From an uncultured Bacteroides sp. (lineage in GTDB: Bacteria; Bacteroidota; Bacteroidia; Bacteroidales; Bacteroidaceae), in contig NZ_URFY01000005.1 of the NCBI RefSeq assembly GCF_900547205.1, positions 58,459 through 122,458 on the forward strand: 64,000 bases of DNA. The letters are read 5' to 3'. Positions 20,013 to 27,110 of the stretch are shown piece after piece. The position numbers and the translations under genes are program-made. Each line of letters starts with the position of its first letter. The stretch's first letter is position 1. The notes under the pieces were generated by a model. It had not been told where the DNA came from, searched no databases, and saw nothing but the letters and a program-made list of their open reading frames with translations.

Positions 20013-20562
20013 ACTGTATATATTTGTCATTTTATTAATGATAAATATCCTATATTCATGTAATGTGAGTACTAAGCCGGAGAGAAGGTTAGAATTAACA
20101 GAACAAGCTAATTCATTTATGAATAGGAGTATTAAGTTTGCTCCATTATTCTCAGATTCCAGAAACTCTTTGAAACCAATATTATGGAATAAAAAAAATA
20201 AAATAATTCTTTATATTGATTCATTATATTGTACATCATGTACATTTAATGAAATACGTAAATGGAATAAGTATTATAAAGAGTTGGAGCAGATGAATAC
20301 TGAAATCGTTATTATTTGCAACCATTCAGAAGTAAATGACGTTCTGGACATAAGGGAAATTGCACATATAAATTACCCCATATTCTTTGATGTAAATAAG
20401 AGATTTAAATTAGCAAATTGCATTCCTAAAGATGCTATATTTCAAACATTTGTATTAGGAAGTAATAATCAAGTCATTTGGGTAGGTCTTCCAATACGCT
20501 CAGAGGAATCTTGGGAAAGATTTTGTTTAATGATGACAATGTATAATGAAGTATCTAAGTAA
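19990..20562 (+). CDS. Thioredoxin-fold (TlpA/redoxin-like) lipoprotein with CxxC motif
   Basis: Signal peptide MIFLKFSRLYIFVILLMINILYSC (lipobox LYSC). A CTSC motif sits in the context KIILYIDSLYCTSCTF, typical of thiol-disulfide oxidoreductases. 190 aa. Its start overlaps the upstream gene by about 23 nt. Confidence 0.65.
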   Translation: MIFLKFSRLYIFVILLMINILYSCNVSTKPERRLELTEQANSFMNRSIKFAPLFSDSRNSLKPILWNKKNKIILYIDSLYCTSCTFNEIRKWNKYYKELEQMNTEIVIICNHSEVNDVLDIREIAHINYPIFFDVNKRFKLANCIPKDAIFQTFVLGSNNQVIWVGLPIRSEESWERFCLMMTMYNEVSK

Positions 20563-20929
20563 GGCTGGGAATAAGGTTATATAGTTCGTCCGGCTACAAC
20601 AAATCAAAGAAGGTAACCAGTTCTATTTCCTATGAGAGATTTCGAATTATACTACTTTTATAGGAAGTATAATTTCATCAACAAGCGCCCACATATCACC
20701 ATTAATAGTTATCTGAATGAACAGCGACTTAGCGATTATGCACCTCGTCCTACACTCACCGACGTAAAGAGAAGGGCAGATCTGCTATGAAATGTGAGAG
20801 AATAGTCATTAAACATGGATTAGGCAAAAATCGCTTTTGCAAAGATTGTTCTAATCGAAAATTGTGTCACCTAATGACACTTTTTTCGATTAGGCTTGTA
20901 GGTCACATACACAATTCTCTTTACAAGTA

Positions 20930-21149
20930 TTATTTTATGGATTTGGGGGTACGCAATGCACATATCAAATTCAGGCAGTCCGAGAAAAGTCATCTGATGG
21001 AGAATATGTTCTACTACGAATTGAGGGTAGGCGGATTCAATGTAGATGTAGGGGTTGTTCCGGTTGTAACCAAAGACTATGGCGGAAAGCAGCAGCGTTC
21101 CAACCTCGAAGTAGATTTCATCTGCAATTTAGAGAGCAAACACAAGTAA
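20930..21149 (+). pseudogene. C-terminal fragment of an AAA-ATPase (AAA_14/DUF4143 family) gene; N-terminal about 300 codons absent
   Basis: YKYYFMDLGVRNAHIKFRQSEKSHLMENMFYYELRVGGFNVDVGV...NLEVDFICN matches the conserved C-terminal part of DUF4143 ATPases (YFxDxGxRNxLL ... EVDFV) as recalled. The upstream part of the listed ORF (20787-20929) has no ATPase-like sequence and contains a hairpin (ctaatcgaaaattgtgtcacctaatgacacttttttcgattag). Confidence 0.5.
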
Positions 21150-21229
21150 CCCTATTTACCCACTTCATCAAGTTTCATTTGTGCTAAACAATCAAGTGGA
21201 TATCTCCCTTAAATGTTAATCGACCGCCA

Positions 21230-21454
21230 TCAGCCAAAAGAAAATTCTAGATTCTCGATACTGGCAAAGAGCATTCCTTCTTTTTGTCTAAGAAAGATTT
21301 TATCCTCTCTTGCCAACCAACCGATAGCCAACGCCAAATCTTCGAACGTCAACCCCAATTCACGGCACATTTCGAACATTGACATTTCACCTTTTTCATT
21401 TAAGATACGCCATACTTTTCCGGCATTTAAGCCTATTTTCGTCTTTTCCATCAT
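21230..21454 (-). CDS. Small winged-helix DNA-binding protein (DUF2582-like)
   Basis: 74 aa, MMEKTKIGLNAGKVWRILNEKGEMSMFEMCRELGLTFEDLALAIGWLAREDKI. This family is commonly paired with DUF4143 ATPases in Bacteroides accessory regions (from memory). Confidence 0.65.
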   Translation of the reverse strand: MMEKTKIGLNAGKVWRILNEKGEMSMFEMCRELGLTFEDLALAIGWLAREDKIFLRQKEGMLFASIENLEFSFG

Positions 21455-21718
21455 GCAAACTTTAAAAGATTAAACAACTTTATATCAATAATCTAATCAT
21501 TGTGAGCACAGGAATGAATGTTGTACACATTACTCTCCCACAAAGATAATATTTATTCTCAAAAAAGCAAATAATCAAGGCTTTCATGACACACATCACG
21601 GTCACATTTCCCGATTCACTATATTCTAATTCACAGTTCAAGGCACGAATAGTTACTTTCTACCAGATATAAACTTTCTTTCTTACTAATGAAAAGTTCC
21701 TCTCCCCCTCTTCCAATC

Positions 21719-21806
21719 TATAACCGAAACTTTCGGTTATATAACTGAAAGTTCTGATTATATAACCGAAAGCTTCGGTTTGATAAACGGAAGTTGCGGT
21801 TATAGT
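21719..21806. repeat. Tandem array of 4 imperfect palindromes, about 22-bp period, consensus TATAACCG-AAAnnTT-CGGTTATA
   Basis: Read directly: tctATAACCGaaactttCGGTTATatAACTGaaagttCTGATTATatAACCGaaagcttCGGTTTgatAAACGgaagttgCGGTTATag. The first unit is a perfect 7-N7-7 palindrome. Confidence 0.8.
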
Positions 21807-21977
21807 TTAATTCCTTATTAAAACAACTTTCTATCCGCGAGAAAGGAAGTTTACTTCCCATTCAACAGAACTTATCCAGTGCTTGATACTCATTCATCTC
21901 TTCATTGAACACAGTTTTTCTGCCACATCATAAAATAACATCTTTTAAACTCAAAAGTTCGACCTGCCGCAAATAAG

Positions 21978-22049
21978 AGTTTTTCTTCCCGCAACAGACG
22001 GGAAAACTCAGAAGAATCATGTACATTGGTACATAGAAAGCTTAAAAGG
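21978..22049. repeat. Copy 1 of a ~70-bp direct repeat (promoter-like segment) also present at 23623-23692
   Basis: agtttttcttcccgcaacagacgggaaaactcagaagaatcatgtacattggtacatagaaagcttaaaag. It contains a hairpin ttcccg-caacaga-cgggaa and a near -7 box tacattgg. It is followed only by a 10-codon ORF (MDRQNLFHFLV). Confidence 0.8.
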
Positions 22050-22207
22050 TAGTAAAACAATTAATGGACCGACAAAATCTCTTTCATTTCTTGGTGTAAC
22101 AAGTACGTATCAAGTCCGTGAGATTTCTGCTTTTCGTTGCGATTATTCCAGTACAAACAATCACCTTTCATACGATATAAAGCGTTTTGAATAGGTTTAC
22201 CATTGAT

Positions 22208-23365
22208 TTAGTAGAAATAAGTATCGGTGGTTTTATTATAGAATCTTCCTATCTTGTCTTTGTTGTACATATACCGGAATATGATGTAGCCTTCTTTGTA
22301 CCAAGTAATACTTGTGTCATCACAGGCATCATAGTCATATCTTTCATCTATGATATGCTCAAACATATTCTGACTGCCATAATAGAGGCTAAGTTTATAA
22401 TCCGTCGGATACGTATTATAATCATTGCCGGATATACTCAGTATATCATTAAAATAGAATGTTATTGAAACGTTTCCTCCATCATGCCCAACTACCGCTG
22501 TTTGTGAATAAATATCTAATCGGGGCCCTCCATTTATGCTTATAGAAGATATTCGAGGTCGATAGGTGTACCCCAGTTCATCCAATCGAACAGTTATTTG
22601 ATTCAAATCTAAGATAATGTCTTGGTCGGTTACATTAACAAAAGATAGCGTAAATGCCGCTTCACCGATACCTGAGATATAAATATTGCCTTGGGATGCA
22701 TTTGAATCATCAGTGTAATTGAACATACCAGGACAGAAGGACACGTGGCTCCTCGAGGAAAAATTATCTTCATAATAAGTAGCAGTTGGAAAGACTTTGT
22801 CCAGTTGAATGGCAATATCACCATTCCATGAGGGGGCGACAGGATGATAGAGATAGTTCTGGAGTTTCTCTAAATCAACAAATACACAAGATTGCACATA
22901 GTACATATCCTTTCTGGGAGTACCAATTGGAGTTACCTTAACCTTTCCATTAGCCTTTAGGGATGTTTCGATTTGTTCAATCACCGTAAGTGGGATATTT
23001 ATTTTAGACGGATAATTAAATTCGCAATCTATCAGATTCCCTTGCAAATCAATCCATATTGTGGTTTTAAGAAAATCATCTTCTGTTAATTGAATGTTTT
23101 TTAAACAAGGACCAACGTAAGGTTCTATATATTTGGATAGGTTCTTTACTTCCCTCCAATCAAAGCGATACCAATTTTGCCAGCTTAAAGGATTTTCCTT
23201 CACATTCGGCGGATATTCTTTATTAGTAATGGATACAAATCCTGAATAATAGTGGATATAATATGTATTATTACTCGTAGATTTATATTTAACCTCCGAA
23301 TCCGTTTGAGCAAGTACGTGTAAACAATAAATAGAAAGACTAATTAATAAGTATATGGTTTTCAT
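22208..23365 (-). CDS. Secreted hypothetical protein (385 aa), low GC, no recognisable domain
   Basis: Signal peptide MKTIYLLISLSIYCLHVLAQ. Asn/Tyr/Ser-rich, beta-rich sequence. Bracketed by the two copies of the ~70-bp direct repeat. Confidence 0.55.
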   Translation of the reverse strand: MKTIYLLISLSIYCLHVLAQTDSEVKYKSTSNNTYYIHYYSGFVSITNKEYPPNVKENPLSWQNWYRFDWREVKNLSKYIEPYVGPCLKNIQLTEDDFLKTTIWIDLQGNLIDCEFNYPSKINIPLTVIEQIETSLKANGKVKVTPIGTPRKDMYYVQSCVFVDLEKLQNYLYHPVAPSWNGDIAIQLDKVFPTATYYEDNFSSRSHVSFCPGMFNYTDDSNASQGNIYISGIGEAAFTLSFVNVTDQDIILDLNQITVRLDELGYTYRPRISSISINGGPRLDIYSQTAVVGHDGGNVSITFYFNDILSISGNDYNTYPTDYKLSLYYGSQNMFEHIIDERYDYDACDDTSITWYKEGYIIFRYMYNKDKIGRFYNKTTDTYFY

Positions 23366-23622
23366 AATGGCTGAATTTATTCAAAATGGAGAACTCAATG
23401 CTGTTTCTTTTTCCTGTTCCATGTTATAACTAAACCTTTTTGTTGTTTTTATGATAAAGACGAATATCGCATCAAGATGTAATCATTCATTTTATACTTA
23501 TCGAAATAGCTAGCATCATTGACTCAGAAAACATAGATATGGAAAGAGACTTATAAGATAAATGAAACTAACGATTATATAATCAACAGTTGATTCGGCA
23601 AGTTATCCATGAATGATTAACA

Positions 23623-23692
23623 AGTTTTCTTCCCGCAACAGACGGGAAAACTCAGAAGAATCATGTACATTTGTGCATCGAAAACTTAAAAG
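23623..23692. repeat. Copy 2 of the ~70-bp direct repeat; functional promoter region of nnr with a perfect -7 box tacatttg (about 23667-23674)
   Basis: agttttcttcccgcaacagacgggaaaactcagaagaatcatgtacatttgtgcatcgaaaacttaaaag. The first ~49 nt are near-identical to copy 1, and overall identity is about 90%. The ATG of nnr lies 10 bp downstream of the repeat end. Confidence 0.8.
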
Positions 23693-23701
23693 AACATAGC
23701 A

Positions 23702-25213
23702 ATGAAAATATTCCCAAGCAGCAGTATCAAGAAACTGGACGCTTATACCATTGAGCATGAACCGATTGCATCAATAGACCTGATGGAACGTGCAGCAACA
23801 GCTCTAACAAAAGCCATTACCGAAAGATGGGGCACGGAAACTCCCGTCACCGTATTTGCCGGACCGGGAAACAACGGAGGAGACGCCCTCGCCGTATCTC
23901 GCATGATGGCTGAAAAAGGTTATAAGATTGAGGTATATCTCTTCAACCCGAAAGGCGAACTCTCTCCCGACTGCCAGACCAACAAGGAACTGGTGGAAAT
24001 GATGGAAGAAATTACCTTCCACGAAATCAGCACGCAATTCGTTCCGCCCGAACTGACACCGGATCATCTCGTCATCGACGGACTGTTCGGCTCAGGACTC
24101 AACAAACCGCTGAGCGGAGGTTTCGCAGCCGTGGTGAAATACATCAATTCTTCGGCCGCAATGATAGTCTCCATCGACATCCCTTCCGGACTGATGGGAG
24201 AAGAAAATACCTTCAACGTCAAAAGCAACATCATCCGCGCAGACGTCACCTTCAGCTTGCAACTGCCCAAACTGGCTTTCCTTTTTGCCGAAAACACGGA
24301 ATTTGTTGGCGAATGGGAACTGCTGGATATTCAGTTGAGCGAAGAAGGAATTGAAGAAACGGAAACAGACTATGAGATGATGGAGTTGGAAGATATCCGC
24401 TCGCTCATCAAGCCGCGCCAACAGTTTGCCCATAAAGGAAATTTCGGTCATGCGCTCCTCATTGCCGGTTCTAAAGGAATGGCTGGGGCATCGGTGCTGT
24501 CCGCCCGCGCCTGCATCCGTTCGGGAGTGGGGTTGCTTACCGTACACGCTCCGATATGCAACAACGACATTCTGCAAACTTCCGTCCCCGAAGCAATGGT
24601 GGAGACGGATGCCAGCGAGAATTACTTTGCCGTCCCCACCGATACGGACGATTATCAAGCTGTTGGCATCGGCCCCGGACTTGGCAAGAATGAAGAAACA
24701 GAAGCGGCATTAATCGAACAACTCGAACATTGCCAGGCTCCCGTAGTAGTGGACGCCGACGCACTCAATATCCTCGCCAACCATCGGCACACGCTGACGC
24801 ACCTGCCGAAAGGTTCCATCCTCACCCCACATCCGAAGGAGTTGGAACGCCTGACGGGAAAATGCCAAGACTCATACGAACGACTGACCAAAGCCTGCGA
24901 ACTGGCACGTGCCGCCAAGGTGCACATCATCTTGAAAGGAGCTTACTCCGTCATCATCACACCGGAAGGAAAATGCTACTTCAACCCCACGGGAAACCCG
25001 GGAATGGCTACCGGAGGTAGTGGAGACGTACTAACCGGAGTAGTATTGGCACTGCTCACACAAGGATACTCTTCCGAAGATGCTGCTAAAATCGCAACTT
25101 ACATTCACGGATTCGCAGGAGATATTGCCCAGAAGAAGCAAGGGATGATTGGGCTTATTGCCAGCGACATCGTCACCTGCCTGCCCACCGCCTGGCGACT
25201 TGTAAGCGAATAA
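23702..25213 (+). CDS. nnr: Bifunctional NAD(P)H-hydrate repair enzyme Nnr (YjeF-N epimerase + ADP-dependent dehydratase)
   Basis: N-terminal YjeF_N motifs (VFAGPGNNGGDALAVSRMM). C-terminal carbohydrate-kinase-like domain (GPGLGKNEETEAAL, MATGGSGDVLTGVVLALL). Confidence 0.9.
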   Translation: MKIFPSSSIKKLDAYTIEHEPIASIDLMERAATALTKAITERWGTETPVTVFAGPGNNGGDALAVSRMMAEKGYKIEVYLFNPKGELSPDCQTNKELVEMMEEITFHEISTQFVPPELTPDHLVIDGLFGSGLNKPLSGGFAAVVKYINSSAAMIVSIDIPSGLMGEENTFNVKSNIIRADVTFSLQLPKLAFLFAENTEFVGEWELLDIQLSEEGIEETETDYEMMELEDIRSLIKPRQQFAHKGNFGHALLIAGSKGMAGASVLSARACIRSGVGLLTVHAPICNNDILQTSVPEAMVETDASENYFAVPTDTDDYQAVGIGPGLGKNEETEAALIEQLEHCQAPVVVDADALNILANHRHTLTHLPKGSILTPHPKELERLTGKCQDSYERLTKACELARAAKVHIILKGAYSVIITPEGKCYFNPTGNPGMATGGSGDVLTGVVLALLTQGYSSEDAAKIATYIHGFAGDIAQKKQGMIGLIASDIVTCLPTAWRLVSE

Positions 25214-25286
25214 AAGTTAAGAACTTACAGTTTTTTCAATAACTTGATTAACTTTGTTTCTTTAAACCAGTTAAAAAGGACCGAAT

Positions 25287-26357
25287 ATGAAAATGTTGAT
25301 TATAGCAACCGGACTACTGATGGCAACTTCTGCCTATGCACAGACGGAAGTTCTGACAGGTGTTACCCACGGAAAAGACTACGGAGTGGTATATAGCCTC
25401 CCCAAAACACAAATAGAGCTTGAAATAAAAGCTAACAAAGTGAACTACACTCCGGGAGAATTTAGTAAATATGCCGACCGCTACCTGCGACTGACAAACG
25501 TTTCTGCCGAACCGGAAGTCTACTGGGAACTGAACAGCGTGAAAGTAAAATCGGTAGGTGTGCCCAACAGCGAGGCTACTTATTTTGTAAAACTGAAAGA
25601 TAAATCGGTGGCTCCTCTCATGGAACTAACGGAGGACGGCATTGTGAAATCAATCAATGCACCCTATTCAAACAACGTGGCACAGAAGGCTACAATCAAC
25701 AGCCCCGCCAAACAACGGAAAGCGAATCCACGTGATTTCCTGACCGAAGAAATCTTAATGGCTAGCTCTACCGCCAAAATGGCCGAACTGGTTGCTAAAG
25801 AAATATATAACATCCGCGAAAGTAAAAACGCTCTATTGCGTGGACAAGCGGATAATACCCCTTCGGATGGCGCACAGCTCAAAATCATGCTCGACAACCT
25901 GAACGTGCAGGAAGAAGCCATGACGCAAATGTTCTCCGGCATTCGTGACAAAGAGGAAAAGACATTTACCATCCGCCTGACTCCGGACAAGGAACTTAGC
26001 AATGAAGTTGCTTTCCGCTTTTCTAAGAAATTGGGCGTAGTTGCCAATAATGATTTGGCGGGTTCACCTTTCTACATCAGCCTGAAAGACTTGAAATCGG
26101 TTAAGATTCCACAGGAAGAGGGTAATGGAAAGAAGAAGAAGGAGATGGAAGGAATTGCCTACAACGTACCCGGACAAGCAATGGTTACACTGACCGATGG
26201 GAAAAAGAAACTTTACGAAGGTGAACTTCCTATCACTCAGTTCGGTATCATCGAATATCTGGCTCCGGTACTGTTCAACAAGAACTCAACGATCAAGGTA
26301 TACTTTGACCCGAATACCGGCGGATTGCTTAAGGTGGATAGAGAAGAAGGCAAATAA
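25287..26357 (+). CDS. DUF4831-family secreted protein (Bacteroidetes conserved hypothetical)
   Basis: Signal peptide MKMLIIATGLLMATSAYAQ. 356 aa. Family assignment is from memory of a Bacteroides ortholog architecture, with low certainty on the DUF number. Confidence 0.6.
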   Translation: MKMLIIATGLLMATSAYAQTEVLTGVTHGKDYGVVYSLPKTQIELEIKANKVNYTPGEFSKYADRYLRLTNVSAEPEVYWELNSVKVKSVGVPNSEATYFVKLKDKSVAPLMELTEDGIVKSINAPYSNNVAQKATINSPAKQRKANPRDFLTEEILMASSTAKMAELVAKEIYNIRESKNALLRGQADNTPSDGAQLKIMLDNLNVQEEAMTQMFSGIRDKEEKTFTIRLTPDKELSNEVAFRFSKKLGVVANNDLAGSPFYISLKDLKSVKIPQEEGNGKKKKEMEGIAYNVPGQAMVTLTDGKKKLYEGELPITQFGIIEYLAPVLFNKNSTIKVYFDPNTGGLLKVDREEGK

Positions 26358-26374
26358 ATTAATAAATAACAGAT

Positions 26375-26659
26375 ATGGGCGGAGAAGGACATATGCTCGA
26401 CATGATACGTCGGCTTAGTGAAGGAAGAGAAGCATCCCGCCTGCGTCGGGAGCGAAGTAGCGAGAAGATTAAGCACTTGAATCGCACCAATGAGCACTAC
26501 TCATTGCCCGATACCACACCGGAAGAGATGGATATCATCATCCAAGATTCTAAAAAGAAAAAGGAGAAAGATAATAACTATTTCGTTTGGGGAACGCTCA
26601 TTATCATGGGGGCGCTGGTAGCAGGCGCGGTTATCTTATGGGCTATCTTTATAAGATAG
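26375..26659 (+). CDS. Small hypothetical protein with C-terminal transmembrane helix
   Basis: 94-aa ORF. Charged N-terminal region and a hydrophobic C-terminus (WGTLIIMGALVAGAVILWAIFI). Coding status is uncertain. Confidence 0.35.
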   Translation: MGGEGHMLDMIRRLSEGREASRLRRERSSEKIKHLNRTNEHYSLPDTTPEEMDIIIQDSKKKKEKDNNYFVWGTLIIMGALVAGAVILWAIFIR

Positions 26660-26712
26660 GTCTATCCGTCAGGTTTCCCCTTCTACGATAATTAAGAGAG
26701 ATGCTTTAATCT

Positions 26713-27069
26713 TCAATCCCCTCTCTCTGCTATGGTGAACTTTACAAATCCGTCTTTCTGCATCTGAGAAAGATATGTAGATACACGCGACTCGTAGCCC
26801 GCTTCATTCTGAAAGTGGTCTGCGAGTTTTTCTATAATCTCCCCCACCGTACGTTTTCCGTCTATCAGCTCCCATACAGCCGTTCCATGTTCTTCCAGAT
26901 GCACATGAAGTTCTTTCGACATTCCTTTCGGAACAAGTAAACGCTGCATCCACGAATACTTAAAACGAGGAAAGGAGAGCACAACCGTCTCCCCTTCCTG
27001 TTCAGCTGTAATATGTTCGCTGCGATAGGGAACGACCTCCAACAGGTTTATTTTCTCTTTCGCTGCCAT
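26713..27069 (-). CDS. PqqD-family protein (RiPP-recognition-element-like small protein)
   Basis: 118 aa, with HVHLEEHGTAVWELIDGKRTVGEIIEKLADHF resembling the PqqD/RRE fold signature. It lies 41 bp downstream of, and co-oriented with, an MFS transporter gene. Confidence 0.65.
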   Translation of the reverse strand: MAAKEKINLLEVVPYRSEHITAEQEGETVVLSFPRFKYSWMQRLLVPKGMSKELHVHLEEHGTAVWELIDGKRTVGEIIEKLADHFQNEAGYESRVSTYLSQMQKDGFVKFTIAERGD

Positions 27070-27110
27070 ACTATATGCTTTAAATTGCTGCTGCTATTGC
27101 AACCATTTTA

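Noticed and set aside
20843-20890. Functional terminator hairpin (ctaatcgaaaa-ttgtgtcacctaatgacac-ttttttcgattag) as a stand-alone feature
   Set aside because: The structure is real, but it lies inside the decayed ATPase remnant with no upstream gene to terminate on the plus strand. I treat it as part of the pseudogene region rather than a separate regulatory feature.
26375-26659. Firm protein-coding call for the 94-aa ORF after the DUF4831 gene
   Set aside because: Not fully rejected, but confidence is low. It has a charged low-complexity N-terminus and a single hydrophobic C-terminal helix, which could arise by chance in AT-rich sequence. Retained at 0.35 confidence.
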